DNA of 64,000 bases from an uncultured Gemmatimonadales bacterium (GCA_963851265.1 CAWKNZ010000002.1:672001-736000); one strand, 5' to 3'. Positions 49,227 through 61,641 are shown, counted from the first letter of the stretch. A program made the numbers and translations. Notes: generated by a model not told the origin, from the letters alone.

Positions 49227-50210
49227 TTATTGGTCGAGGTAGAGAACCTTCTTCACCGCCGCGATCGTCTTGGGGACGTCGGGCTTGGCGAGCTTCTCGA
49301 TCTGCTTCGCGTACGGCATCGGCACGTCGGCTTGGTGCACCCGGAGCACCGGGGCGTCGAGGTGGTCGAAGCAGTCGCGCTGCACGTAGTCGGCCACCTG
49401 CGCACCGACGCCGCAGAGTTCCCACCCCTCCTCGACGACGACGCAGCGGTTGGTCTTCCGCACGCTCGCGTAGATCGCCTCGGTGTCGATGGGGCGCACG
49501 GTCCGCAGGTCGACGACGTCGACGCGAACCCCCTCCTTCGCGAGCTGGTCGGCCGCCTGCATTGCGACGAGCGCCATCTTGCCGTGCGTGACGATCGTCG
49601 CGTGGTCGCCCTCGCGCTTGAGGTCGGCCTTCCCGATCGGGACGACGTACTCGCCGTCGGGCACCTCGCCCTTGGTGTTGTAGAGCATCTCGCCCTCGAG
49701 GAAGCACACCGGGTTGTCGTCGCGGATGGCGCTCTTGAGGAGCCCCTTCGCGTCGTACGGCGTGCCGGGCGCGACGACCTTGAGTCCCGGGATGTGGGCG
49801 AGCCAGCTCTCCCACGCCTGGCTGTGCTGCGCCGACAGCTGCAGGGCCGCACCGTTGGGCCCGCGGAACACGATCGGACAGGAGAACTGCCCGCCCGACA
49901 TGTAGAGCGTCTTGGCCGCGGAGTTGACGACCTGGTCGATGGCGAGCAGGGCGAAGTTCCACGTCATGAACTCGATGATCGGACGCAGGCCGACCATCGC
50001 CGCTCCCACGCCGAGGCCGGCGAAGCCGAGCTCCGTGATCGGCGTGTCGACGACGCGCATCTCGCCGAACTCCTGCAGCAGGCCCTTCGAGACCTTGTAC
50101 GCGCCGTTGTAGACGGCGACCTCCTCGCCCATGAGGAAGACGCGGTCGTCGCGGTGCATTTCTTCGCGGAGCGCCTGGTTGAGCGCGTCGCGGTACGTGA
50201 TGACTGGCAT
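49227..50210 (-). CDS. pdhB: Pyruvate dehydrogenase E1 beta subunit
   Basis: 'GEEVAVYNGAYKVS', 'DTPITELGF', 'EFMTWNF', 'AQHSQ'. Confidence 0.97.
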   Translation of the reverse strand: MPVITYRDALNQALREEMHRDDRVFLMGEEVAVYNGAYKVSKGLLQEFGEMRVVDTPITELGFAGLGVGAAMVGLRPIIEFMTWNFALLAIDQVVNSAAKTLYMSGGQFSCPIVFRGPNGAALQLSAQHSQAWESWLAHIPGLKVVAPGTPYDAKGLLKSAIRDDNPVCFLEGEMLYNTKGEVPDGEYVVPIGKADLKREGDHATIVTHGKMALVAMQAADQLAKEGVRVDVVDLRTVRPIDTEAIYASVRKTNRCVVVEEGWELCGVGAQVADYVQRDCFDHLDAPVLRVHQADVPMPYAKQIEKLAKPDVPKTIAAVKKVLYLDQ

Positions 50211-50225
50211 GAGCGGTCGCGGGGG

Positions 50226-51317
50226 TCAGCTCGTCGTGTCGACGAGCACGTCTTCGTAGAGCGTCTCGGGCGCGGGCTCGGGGCTCGCCTCGGCGAAGTC
50301 CCACGCGTCCTGCACCACCGCCTTCACCTCGTCGTCCATCGCCTGCACGCCCGCGTCGTCGATCTGCCCGCGTTCCTGCATCGCCGCGCGGAGCAGCGTG
50401 ATGGGGTCGCGCTGGAGGTACTCGTCGAGTTCCTGCTTGCTGCGGTACGTGCCGCTCACCGCGTCGCTCATGGAGTGGCCCATGAAGCGGTACGTGCGCA
50501 CCTCCAGCAGCGTGGGCGTCTGCTCGGCCCGCGCGCGGTCGATCGCCTCCTGCATCGCCTTCCGGACCGCGAACACGTCCTGCCCGTCGCACTGGCCGCG
50601 GGGCATGTTGTACGCCGCACCCCGCTCGTAGATGTCGTGGATCGCGGAGGCGCGCTCGAGCGCGGTGCCCATGCCGTAGCGGTTGTTCTCGATCACGTAG
50701 ACGGCCGGCAGCTTCCAGAGCCCCGCCATGTTGAGCGCCTCGTGGAACGCGCCGGTGTTCACGACGCTCTCGCCCATGAAGCAGACGCACACCTGGTCGC
50801 CGCCGCGGTACTTGATGGCGAACGCGACCCCGGTGCCTAACGGCACGTGCGCGCCGACGATGCCGTGCCCGCCGAGAAATCCGGTCTGGCGGTCGAAGAG
50901 GTGCATCGAGCCGCCCTTGCCGCGGACCACGCCGTCGGCGCGGCCGAACAGCTCGGCCATGATCGCGCGCGGCGAGATGCCGCGCGCGAGCGCCTGGCCG
51001 TGGTCGCGGTAGGTGGTGATGATGTAGTCGTCGGGGCGGAGCAGGCTCATCGCGCCGGTGCTCACCGCCTCCTGCCCGATGTAGAGGTGGCAGAACCCGC
51101 CGATGCGGCCAATCGCGTACGCCTCCGCCGTGCGCTCCTCGAATCGGCGCTGGAGGAGCATCGAGCGGAGCATCGCACGGTTGAGCTCCGCGTCGCCGGC
51201 CGGGTCGGCGGCCGCGGGGTCAGCAGGAGCGGGGTCGGCGGGCGTCGTCGCCGCCGGCGCGGGCGGCGCGTCCATCACGGCGGTCGCGCCGTTCGAGTCA
51301 GGCTTCTTCTTGGCCAT
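50226..51317 (-). CDS. pdhA: Pyruvate dehydrogenase E1 alpha subunit
   Basis: 'IGGFCHLYIGQEA', 'GKGGSMH', 'ENNRYGMGT', 'TYRFMGHSMSD'. Confidence 0.97.
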   Translation of the reverse strand: MAKKKPDSNGATAVMDAPPAPAATTPADPAPADPAAADPAGDAELNRAMLRSMLLQRRFEERTAEAYAIGRIGGFCHLYIGQEAVSTGAMSLLRPDDYIITTYRDHGQALARGISPRAIMAELFGRADGVVRGKGGSMHLFDRQTGFLGGHGIVGAHVPLGTGVAFAIKYRGGDQVCVCFMGESVVNTGAFHEALNMAGLWKLPAVYVIENNRYGMGTALERASAIHDIYERGAAYNMPRGQCDGQDVFAVRKAMQEAIDRARAEQTPTLLEVRTYRFMGHSMSDAVSGTYRSKQELDEYLQRDPITLLRAAMQERGQIDDAGVQAMDDEVKAVVQDAWDFAEASPEPAPETLYEDVLVDTTS

Positions 51318-51355
51318 GGTCAGGGGCGCGGATGTGGAAGGCGGGCGGTGCAGGG

Positions 51356-52273
51356 TCAGACGGCCGCGCCCTGCGCGGCCTGGACCTGCTCCCACGCGTG
51401 ATAGCTGGAGCGCACGAGCGGCCCGCTCTCGACGTGCCGGAAACCGAGCGCCATGCCGACGTCGTAGAACGCGCGGAACTCGTCGGGCGTGACGTAGCGG
51501 TCGAGCGCGACGTGGCCGTCGGACGGCCGCAGGTACTGGCCGAGGGTGAGGATGTCGACGTCGACCGCGCGCAGGTCCTTCATGGTCGCGACGACCTCCT
51601 CGTTGGTCTCGCCCATGCCGAGGATGATGCCGGTCTTGGTCGGGATGTCGGGGGCGAGGCGCTTGCTCGTGCGGAAGATCTCCATCACGCGCTCGTAGCG
51701 GCCGCCGGGGCGGCACTTCTTGTAGAGGCGCGGGACGGTCTCGGTGTTGTGATTGTAGATGTCGGGACGCGCCTCGAGCACCGCGGCGATCGAGCTCTCG
51801 CGGCCCTGGAAGTCGGGCACCAGCACCTCGACGCTGGCCTCGGGGAGGCGGGCCTTGATCTCGCGCACGGTCTCGGCGAACGCCCACGCGCCGAAATCGG
51901 GGAGGTCGTCGCGGTCCACCGAGGTGAGCACGACGTGGCGGAGCCCCATCTCGGCGCACGCTTCGGCCACGCGTTCCGGCTCCGCGGGGTCGAACTTGGG
52001 CGGGCGCCCGTGCGCGACCGCGCAGTACGCGCAGTTGCGCGTGCAGACGTCGCCGAGGATCATGAACGTGGCGGTGCCGTGCTCCCAGCACTCGCCGACG
52101 TTGGGGCAGCGCGCCTCCTCACAAACCGTGTGGAGGTCGAGGTCGCGCATGAGCTGCTTGAGGCGCAGGTAGTTCGGGCCGCCCGGCGCTTTGACCTTGA
52201 GCCAGCCGGGCTTGCGCACGGGAACCGGCTCGGCGCGGTGGCGCCCCATGATCTGGTACAGCGTGTCGGCCAT
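51356..52273 (-). CDS. lipA: Lipoyl synthase
   Basis: 'TVCEEARCPNVGECW', radical SAM 'CTRNCAYC', 'VRSSYHA'. Confidence 0.97.
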   Translation of the reverse strand: MADTLYQIMGRHRAEPVPVRKPGWLKVKAPGGPNYLRLKQLMRDLDLHTVCEEARCPNVGECWEHGTATFMILGDVCTRNCAYCAVAHGRPPKFDPAEPERVAEACAEMGLRHVVLTSVDRDDLPDFGAWAFAETVREIKARLPEASVEVLVPDFQGRESSIAAVLEARPDIYNHNTETVPRLYKKCRPGGRYERVMEIFRTSKRLAPDIPTKTGIILGMGETNEEVVATMKDLRAVDVDILTLGQYLRPSDGHVALDRYVTPDEFRAFYDVGMALGFRHVESGPLVRSSYHAWEQVQAAQGAAV

Positions 52274-52472
52274 GCGGCGCGGGGCGAAGCGGGGGAGCGG
52301 TGTGACGAACGGTTGGTAAGCTAGACCGACACCGATTCGCGAGCTAGCGACCGTAACCACCGTACGCGCGGATGCCGGTTGTCACTCGCGATCGGGCTCG
52401 GCGAAACCGCGGGCCAGTGGGCGGCGTACGGACGCTCGATCCCGTGCATCCCCCCACGTCGCCACGCCTCCC

Positions 52473-52706
52473 ATGTTCCGCACCGTCTTCGCCCTCGGCC
52501 TCTGCGCCATCCTCGGCGTCGTCGCGCTCAAGCTCGTCTTCGGCATCGCGGGCGGCCTGCTCGGCACGCTCGTCGGCCTCTTCGTCTGGCTCCTGAGCGT
52601 GGCGATCCGGCTCGTGCTCGTGGGGCTCGTGCTCTACGTGATCCTTCGCATCGTCAGCCCCGAGACGGCGCGGCGCGTGCGCCGGCGCTTCGACGACGCG
52701 TTCTGA
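52473..52706 (+). CDS. Small hydrophobic membrane protein
   Basis: 77 aa with two or three TM helices; coding-like codon usage. Confidence 0.75.
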   Translation: MFRTVFALGLCAILGVVALKLVFGIAGGLLGTLVGLFVWLLSVAIRLVLVGLVLYVILRIVSPETARRVRRRFDDAF

Positions 52707-52746
52707 GCCCGGCGCGGCGGGCGACCGCGACGGGCCGCCCGATGCG

Positions 52747-53610
52747 TTAGGCAGCCTTCTCGCCGGCGCGCCGGTTGTTCAGCTGCATGGTGAGCGAGCC
52801 GAACGACAGCGACGACTGCACCTTCAGGATGACGCGCTGGTCGTCGTCGGAGATCCACACCTCGGCGCGCCCGCCCTCGGAGAAGATGCCCTTCGTCTTG
52901 ATCGTCGGCTGCACGACGACCGCGTCGAACGTACCGGCGGGCACGCGCACGCGTTCACGGCGCAGGACCCGGATCCGCACCGGGTTGCGGTCGGGCTTGT
53001 AGTACCGGTTGAACTCGTACACGTCCCCCGTGTGCAGCGGCAGCGTGCGGACCATGTACAAGAACGAGCCGTCGTCGAGCGGGTCGGCGCTCGAGCGCTC
53101 CTCGGGCTTCGAGCCGTCCTGATACGTCTGGCGCTCGGGGAATATCTCGTAACGCTTGTTGCGCGACTTGCTCCCCTCGAGCTGCGTCTGGTAGAAGCGC
53201 AGCGACGAGAGCGTCGTGGTGTCGATCCAGCTCTCGTATGTGTCGTTGACGTGGTAGAAGAACGTGCCGCCGGTGATGTGGAAGACGGCGTGGTACGCGG
53301 GGCGTCCGCGCACGTCGACGACCTCGGGCACCTCGAGCGTGGCGTTGCCCGCGTGCAGGACGCCGAACTTGACGTCGTAGGCGAGCCGCTCGCCCACGCC
53401 CCAGGGCACCGCCGCGCCCGCGACGCGGGTCCGCGGCTCTGCGGCGGGCGCCGGCTGCTGCGACGCGCGGGCGAGCACCGCGGCGGGCGCCGCGCCGAAC
53501 GCGACGGCCGCCGCGAGGCCGGCCGCAACGCGTCGGCGCCGACCGGTGCGCCCCCGCGCGTGCGGCGGGCGCGACCGGCACAGACGGCGTGAAGTGTGGT
53601 GGTTGATCAT
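52747..53610 (-). CDS. DUF3108-like exported protein
   Basis: 'GERLAYDVKFG..HAG.A', 'VRVPAGTFDA', 'VWISDD..RVILK'; ATG overlaps the upstream stop (ATGA). Confidence 0.8.
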   Translation of the reverse strand: MINHHTSRRLCRSRPPHARGRTGRRRRVAAGLAAAVAFGAAPAAVLARASQQPAPAAEPRTRVAGAAVPWGVGERLAYDVKFGVLHAGNATLEVPEVVDVRGRPAYHAVFHITGGTFFYHVNDTYESWIDTTTLSSLRFYQTQLEGSKSRNKRYEIFPERQTYQDGSKPEERSSADPLDDGSFLYMVRTLPLHTGDVYEFNRYYKPDRNPVRIRVLRRERVRVPAGTFDAVVVQPTIKTKGIFSEGGRAEVWISDDDQRVILKVQSSLSFGSLTMQLNNRRAGEKAA

Positions 53611-55234
53611 GAAGAAGGCTGGTCGGAAGGCGCGTCGTGCCACATCGCGGGATCGGCACCGGTGTCGTCCGGTCGTACCCCGGATTCGCCCTCGGATCCC
53701 GTCGCACGTCGCCGCGAGCCGCGGCGCCGACGACGCCGCGCGGGTGCGCCCGATGGCTCGCCCGCCGCATGGTCTGGCGGGGCGTCCGTCGGTTCCATCG
53801 CGTCGATCGCTGGCGCGCGCGACGGCTCGCTCGCCGGTGCGCGCGTGCGTTCACGTGCGGGTTCGCTGACCACCGGGTCTGGCGCGTCGTCGCCGGTGGC
53901 CGCCGCCTCCGGATCGTTGCCGTCGGCCGCCCCGACGTCCGCCGCCCCGGCGTCGGCCACCCCGGCACGGCCCCGGCGACCACGCCGGCGCCGGCGCGCG
54001 TTCTTCGGGGCGGCCGTCGTGTCGGCGTCGTCGTGCGACCCGTCCGGGTCCTCGACGGCCGGGGCCTGCGCTGTTGGCGGGCTCGGCGCCGGTGTGCGCG
54101 GCGCCGGTGGGTACGGCGTCGGTGGGTACGGCGCCGCGCTGCGGGCCGCGCTGCGGGCTCGGCGGCTGCCGGCTCCGCGGTGGCCGGCTCGGCGGTCACA
54201 CTCGCGGGGCGCTGCGTCGCCGGGCGGTCGGGGCGCGGCCGGGCACGATCGCGCGCGCGTCGCGGGCGGTCGGCATGCGTCGCCGGCTCCGGGGGTACCG
54301 CGAGCGTGGTCGCGGACGATACGGCATCCCTCGTCGACGCGGTCGGGGCCGCCGCGTTCGGAGCCGCAGTGTTCGGAGCCGCGGCATTCGGGGCCGCCCC
54401 ATTCCCCGGCACGCCGCCGACCACGGACGCGCGCGCGCCGACGCCATGCGGCTGGACGCGGCGCGCGGGTCGGCGCGCGCGCCAGAGGACGGCGGCCAGC
54501 GCCCGGAGCTCGGCCGGCCAGTCGATGCGTGAGGCCCGCGTGCGCACCCCGTACTGTGCGGGTGCGTCGACGCGCTCGATGGTGCGGGCGAACGGGGCTG
54601 TGCGGATGGCGAGTTCGGCGGTGCCGGCCCACCCCGGCGCGCTCACGAGTGCGGCGCCGTCCGCCGCGGCCAGCGCGTCACGCAGGACGGAGACCCGGAT
54701 CAGTCGCAGCACGTTGAGCAGCGCACCCGGATCACGGCCCGCCGCGTCACGGCCGGTCGCATCGCGCGCGGCCGCGCGAACGAGCGGCGGCAGCAGGAGG
54801 GACGCCGCGCGCCGGAGGCGACGCTCGCCGACCGGCTGGTCGGGGCCGAGCACGCGGTTGGTGAGCACCACGTCGGCGCCGGCATCGAACGGCACGAGCA
54901 ACGACGGCAGAAGCCCGGGGGCGTCGGTGAAGTCGGCCTGCATGAGCACGACCGCGTCCACCTCGGGCGCCCGCGATCGCGTGACCGCATACCGTACGAG
55001 CGCGTCAACCGCCGCAGTCTGGCCGACACGCTCGTCGCCGCGCAGGCTCGTGAGCGGGAGCACCCGGTCGTACGGCGCGAGCACGTCGGCCGTCGCGTCG
55101 GTGCTCGCGTCGTCATACACGACTATCTCGTAGTCGCGTCCGTCGACCTGCTCCCGGAGCGTTTCGCGGAGGCGCCACAGCAGGACGCCGATGGTGACCG
55201 CTTCGTTGTGGGTCGGGATGCAGACGTAGAGCAC
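53607..55234 (-). CDS. Family-2 glycosyltransferase-like protein with long low-complexity C-terminal tail; frameshift(s) near 54060-54160
   Basis: 'YVCIPTHNEA', 'IVVYDDASTDAT', 'MQADFTD'. The tail 'RRRRRGRRGR...SDQPSS*' is in another frame, ending at the DUF3108 start. Confidence 0.7.
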
Positions 55235-55520
55235 GGAGGCGCTGGCGTGAACGTGGCGCCTGGACGGCCGCCGTGCGCCGCGGCCCGCAGGCGGCGGCGT
55301 GGTACGATGTGGAAAGCTAGACGGGACCGCGTCGCCGTCGCCACCGACGTGGCTGCCCGCGCGCCGGTGGCTCGCCGCTGCCGGCCCGCGCGCCCGCTAG
55401 GTAAGCTTCGCCCGATGCGTGCCGCTCAGCACGGCACGCCCCATTCTGCTGGATTTGTCGTCACGCAGACGCTACGGCGCCGCCCGCGCGTCCGCGGTCG
55501 CTCCCCCGTCGATTCCGTTC

Positions 55521-56006
55521 ATGCTGTTCGACCAACTACGTGCCTCGTTTCGCGGGGTGCTCGACGCGGAGCGGTCGTCGGGCGATCGACGCGCCGCGGT
55601 GGCCGCCATGCGCGATGCGCTCGTGGCCGCGCGGGTGGGCGTCGACGACCTGCGGCGCGGTCTCGCCGAGGCGCGCTCGCGCGTCGAGGCGGCGCGCGCC
55701 GAGGTCGAGACGACGCGGCGCCGCGGCCGGCTCGCCGCCGAGGTGCACGACACCGAGACGGTGGTGGTAGCCGAACGGTTCGCCGCGTCGCAGGCCGAGC
55801 GGCTGGCCGTGCTTGAGGCGAAGGCGGATGTGCAGGAGCGCGAGCTCGGACTCGCGGAACGCGAGCTCGGCGAAATGACGGCGGAATATCGCCGACTCGC
55901 GGCGACCGGGCGCATGGACGTGCCCGATTCCTCCACTCCGGCCGCCTCTCCCCCGGCCGACGCCGACGCGCTCCTCGCCGCGCTCAAGCGGCGCATGGGG
56001 AAGTAG
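55521..56006 (+). CDS. Coiled-coil protein, PspA/IM30-like
   Basis: Heptad pattern; 'RRRGRLA...AERF'; C-terminal 'LAALKRRMGK'; start uncertain (55419 or 55521). Confidence 0.6.
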   Translation: MLFDQLRASFRGVLDAERSSGDRRAAVAAMRDALVAARVGVDDLRRGLAEARSRVEAARAEVETTRRRGRLAAEVHDTETVVVAERFAASQAERLAVLEAKADVQERELGLAERELGEMTAEYRRLAATGRMDVPDSSTPAASPPADADALLAALKRRMGK

Positions 56007-57902
56007 GTGACCGTTCCTGGCGCGACGCGGCATGCGTCGCGGGCGGGCGCGGGCGGGGTGGCGCGCGCGGGCGCCCGCCTCGCGGGTGCGGGCGCGCTCG
56101 CGCTCGGCGTGCGGGCCGCGGCCCAGCCGCCGAGCAGCGTCCCGCTCCCGGCCGGACCTCCGGGGCCGGCTGTGCGTGCAACACCCCCCGCTCCGCCAGA
56201 CACCGGGGCGCGTCGGTTCGAGGGACGGCCGCTCGTCGCGTGCCGCGGGCAGACGGTGCACGAGATCGTCGTCGACAATCACGCGCCGCTCAGCAATCAG
56301 CGCGTGCCGCGGCGGCTCAGAAAGCTCGAGCGGCGCGTCACCGCGCTGCACTCCACGACGCGCGAGAGCGTCGTCCGCCGCTTCCTCCTGTTGCGCGAAG
56401 GCGACCCGTGCGACGAACTCCGACGTTCGGAGTCCGAGCGCGTGCTGCGCGCCCAGCCGTTCCTGGTCGATGCGCGGGTACGTCCGTACGCGGACGGCGC
56501 CGGCGGGGTCACGCTACTGGTCACCACGCGCGACGAATTCTCGGTCCTGCTCGCCGTCGCGGCATTGAGCGGGGGTGGCGCGCCACCCGTCAGCCGCTTG
56601 CGCGTCGGCGAGGCCAATCTGATGGGCGAAGGCGTGTACGCGTCGGCCGAGTGGTACTGGGGCGGCGTCGGGTACCGCGACGGATACCTCGCCCGCATCA
56701 TGGACTACCAGTTCGCCGGCAGGCCGTACCAGCTCTCGGTCATCGGTGAGCGGCGCGACGTCGGGGGCCAGTGGGCGGTCGACTTGAGCCACCCGTTCTA
56801 CACCGACCTGCAACGCGTCGGCTGGCGCACCTCGGCCGGCGACGCGCACGAGTACCAGCAGCTCATACGACCCGGCACCGCGAACGCACTCTTCTATCGC
56901 CGGCGCTACGCGAACGTGGGCGGGATCGTGCGGCTCGGCGTACCCGGACGCCTGAGCCTGTTCGGCGCGTCGGCGTCGTTCGAGCGCGCGTCGACGGAGA
57001 ACCGGATCCGCGTGTTGAGCGATACGGGGATCGTGCCTGACGTGGGGTATGGCGCCCCGCTGGGCGGGCCGCCGCCGTCGCTGCGATTTCCGGGGCAGAA
57101 CGTGGCGCGTCTCAACGCCCTGTGGGGCGTGCGCGACGTGACGTTCGCGCGCGTGTCGGGGTTCGACGCGCTCACCGGCACGCAGGACGTGCGGCGCGGA
57201 TTCCAGGCGAGCGTTCTGTTCGGGCGCAGCGTCCCGGTGTTCCGGTCTCACGACGACGACTACTTCGTGTCGAGCGACGCGTACGTCGGCGCCGGGGGGC
57301 CGCGTGCCTTCGCGGCGGCGGAGGCCCGCGGCGAGGCGCGGCGTGACAACGCGCTCGGGCGGTGGGACGGGGTGATCGTCGGCGGCCGGGCGGCGGCGTA
57401 CCTCGTGCCGGACGCGCGCTTCCGCTTCGTGTCGAGCGTCGAGTACGGGACGACGCAGCGGCCGCGGATCCCGGTGCAGCTCTCGTTAGGCGACCGCTAC
57501 GGGGGCGTGCGCGGGTACGACGGCAGCAGCGTGTCGGGCGCGACGCGGCTCGTGTCGCGCAACGAGGCGCGCGTGGTGTTCGGGCCGAAGTTCGGGCTGG
57601 GCGAGTTCGGCGCCGACGTGTTCGCCGACGCGGGCAAGCTGTGGGCCGGCGACGCGCCGTACGGCGTGACGACGCCCGTGCGCTCGTCGGTCGGCGTCGG
57701 CCTGCTCGGCGCGTTTCCCCCGGGGTCCCGCCGGCTGTGGCGCCTCAACGTCGCCCGGCCGCTGTCGCGAGAGCCCGGCACCTCGAAGTTCCGGATCATC
57801 CTCGACAACCGCGATCTCACACGGCAGTTCTGGCGCGAACCTGGCGACGTTAGCAACGGGCGGGAGCGATCTGCGCCCGCCAGCCTCTACAACTGGCCCT
57901 GA
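56007..57902 (+). CDS. Omp85/BamA-TamA-like outer-membrane protein (single POTRA-like domain + barrel)
   Basis: 'TRESVVRRFLLLREGD...ESERVLR', 'EANLMGEG', 'GVRGY', 'FADAG..W'. Confidence 0.75.
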   Translation: MTVPGATRHASRAGAGGVARAGARLAGAGALALGVRAAAQPPSSVPLPAGPPGPAVRATPPAPPDTGARRFEGRPLVACRGQTVHEIVVDNHAPLSNQRVPRRLRKLERRVTALHSTTRESVVRRFLLLREGDPCDELRRSESERVLRAQPFLVDARVRPYADGAGGVTLLVTTRDEFSVLLAVAALSGGGAPPVSRLRVGEANLMGEGVYASAEWYWGGVGYRDGYLARIMDYQFAGRPYQLSVIGERRDVGGQWAVDLSHPFYTDLQRVGWRTSAGDAHEYQQLIRPGTANALFYRRRYANVGGIVRLGVPGRLSLFGASASFERASTENRIRVLSDTGIVPDVGYGAPLGGPPPSLRFPGQNVARLNALWGVRDVTFARVSGFDALTGTQDVRRGFQASVLFGRSVPVFRSHDDDYFVSSDAYVGAGGPRAFAAAEARGEARRDNALGRWDGVIVGGRAAAYLVPDARFRFVSSVEYGTTQRPRIPVQLSLGDRYGGVRGYDGSSVSGATRLVSRNEARVVFGPKFGLGEFGADVFADAGKLWAGDAPYGVTTPVRSSVGVGLLGAFPPGSRRLWRLNVARPLSREPGTSKFRIILDNRDLTRQFWREPGDVSNGRERSAPASLYNWP

Positions 57903-57939
57903 CGTCCGGCTCGGACGGCGGGCCCCATCTCTGCGTGCC

Positions 57940-58911
57940 GTGACCCAGCGCAACGAGCCCCCGTCCCGCGGACGCTCCGCCGAACGCGTGCTCACGACGT
58001 ACGTCATCGGTGTCTTCATTGCGGCCGCGCTCGGCGCCCCATGGTTGTATCGCGCGGTACGGACGGCGGCGGCGTACGCGCCGCTCCTCGCGCCCCTGGC
58101 GGCGCATCCGATGCACCGCTACCTGCAGCGGCTGCTGCTCGCGTGCGCGCTCGCCGCGTTGCCGCTCCTGCTCCGCTCGCTCGGCATTCGGCGGTGGCGC
58201 GATCTCGGACTCGCGCGGCCGATGGCGTACCGGCGTACGCTCGCGACGGGGGCGTTGATCGGGGCCGGTACCATGTTGGCGGCAGCCGCGCTGCCCGTAG
58301 CGGCCGGAGCGCGCGTATTCGATCCTTCGGCGACTCCGGGGCGCGTCGTCGTGCGTATCGTCACCGCGCTCGCCGTGGCACCCGCCGTGGCGCTGGTCGA
58401 GGAACTCATGTTCCGGGGGATCATCGACGGCGGGCTGCGCCGCGCCCGGGCATCGGGTGCCGCCCTTGCGGTGAGCAGCGCATTCTACGCGGCCGTCCAT
58501 TTCCTCGGTCGTCCTGGCACGCCGGCGCTCGTCACCTGGTGGTCGGGACTGACCACGCTCGTCGGCATGCTGGCGGGGCTCGCCGACCTCGGCGCGTTCC
58601 TCCCCGCGTTCCTCACACTCTGGCTCGTCGGCGCGTCGCTCGGTTCCCTCTACCAGCGCGCGGGCACCTTACTCGCGAACGTCGGCGTGCACGCGGGCGG
58701 CATTTTCGTGCTGCAGCTCTACGGGCTCGTCACCACCGACGTACAGGGCGCCGACGCGCGGGTGTGGGGGACCGGACGCCTGCTGGACGGATGGGCCGCG
58801 CTGGGGGTCGTGCTGGCCGCGCTGGGCGTCGCGCGCCTGTTCCGGACGCGGTGCGTTCGGGCGGCGGCGGGATCGGCGGTCGAGTTGGAGGGCGCGTCGC
58901 TGGCCGCGTGA
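57940..58911 (+). CDS. CPBP (Abi/CAAX) family intramembrane glutamic protease
   Basis: 'VEELMFRG', 'FYAAVH', 'GVHAG'; multiple TM helices. Confidence 0.88.
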   Translation: MTQRNEPPSRGRSAERVLTTYVIGVFIAAALGAPWLYRAVRTAAAYAPLLAPLAAHPMHRYLQRLLLACALAALPLLLRSLGIRRWRDLGLARPMAYRRTLATGALIGAGTMLAAAALPVAAGARVFDPSATPGRVVVRIVTALAVAPAVALVEELMFRGIIDGGLRRARASGAALAVSSAFYAAVHFLGRPGTPALVTWWSGLTTLVGMLAGLADLGAFLPAFLTLWLVGASLGSLYQRAGTLLANVGVHAGGIFVLQLYGLVTTDVQGADARVWGTGRLLDGWAALGVVLAALGVARLFRTRCVRAAAGSAVELEGASLAA

Positions 58912-58940
58912 CGGCCGCCTAACTGGCTCGCGGCGGGCGC

Positions 58941-60515
<1,575 letters not shown>

Positions 60516-60567
60516 GCGGTACGATACGCCGAGGTCGCCCCGGGCCGCACCCCCGCTCGGCGTGGTG

Positions 60568-61641
60568 CTACGACGCGCCGATCACTGGCAGGTAGCGCTC
60601 GGGCGCGCGCGTCGCACCGGCCGCCTGCTGCCGCGCCCAGTCCACGGTGGTCGGTGGCTGCTTGATGCACGCGGCCCAATGCCCGGGTGCCTTCTCCTCC
60701 AGCGGCGGCTCGATGGCCGCGCAGGCCGCATCCTTCTGCGGGTGGAAACAGCGCGGGTGAAACACGCACCCGCTGGGCGGGTTGGCGGGGGAGGGCACGT
60801 CGCCCGTGAGCACGATGCGGCGACGGTTCGCGCCGGGACGCGGCACCGGGATCGCGGAGAGCAGCGCCTGGGTGTAGGGCATGATCGGCTCAGCGTACAG
60901 CCGGGCGCTCGTCGCGAGTTCGACGATCTTGCCGAGGTACATCACCGCCACGCGGTCGGCGACGTGTTCGACCACGCTGAGGTCGTGCGCGACGAACAGG
61001 TAGGCGAGGCCGCGGCGACGCTGCAGGTCCTGCAACAGGTTGACGACCTGCGCCTGTACCGAGACGTCGAGCGCGGAAACGGGCTCATCGCAGACGATCA
61101 GCTTGGGCTCCACGGCAAGCGCGCGCGCGATCCCGACCCGCTGGCGCTGCCCGCCCGAGAACTCGTGCGGGTAGCGCGTCGCGTACTCGGGGCGGAGGCC
61201 GACCTCGTCGAGCAGTTCGCGCACGCGCCGGTCGGCCTCGCCCCCCTCGGCGAGGCGGTGAATCGTGATGCCCTCGCGCACGGTCGCACCGATCGTCATG
61301 CGCGGGTTGAGGGACGAGAACGGGTCCTGAAAGACGAGCTGCATGTGGCGCCGCAGGCGCCGGAGGTCGCCAGCCCCGAGCGCGAGCACGTCGGCGCCGT
61401 CGAACGCGACCTCGCCCGCCGTGGGCTCGACGAGGCGGAGAATGGCGCGCCCGGTGGTCGTCTTTCCACAGCCGCTCTCGCCGACGAGGCCGAGCGTCTC
61501 GCCGGCCGCGAGGTCGAACGACACGCCGTCGACGGCGCGCACCGCGCCCGCGGCGCGGCCGAAGAGTCCGCGCGCGATCGGGAAGTGCTTCTTGAGGCCG
61601 CGCACCCGGAGGAGCGGCGCGGCGTTCGGCACGGCGGTCAT
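60568..61641 (-). CDS. Oligopeptide/dipeptide ABC transporter ATPase (OppF/DppF-like)
   Basis: 'GESGCGKTT', 'FSGGQRQR', 'CDEPVSALD', '[11 protein letters not shown]'. Confidence 0.93.
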   Translation of the reverse strand: MTAVPNAAPLLRVRGLKKHFPIARGLFGRAAGAVRAVDGVSFDLAAGETLGLVGESGCGKTTTGRAILRLVEPTAGEVAFDGADVLALGAGDLRRLRRHMQLVFQDPFSSLNPRMTIGATVREGITIHRLAEGGEADRRVRELLDEVGLRPEYATRYPHEFSGGQRQRVGIARALAVEPKLIVCDEPVSALDVSVQAQVVNLLQDLQRRRGLAYLFVAHDLSVVEHVADRVAVMYLGKIVELATSARLYAEPIMPYTQALLSAIPVPRPGANRRRIVLTGDVPSPANPPSGCVFHPRCFHPQKDAACAAIEPPLEEKAPGHWAACIKQPPTTVDWARQQAAGATRAPERYLPVIGAS

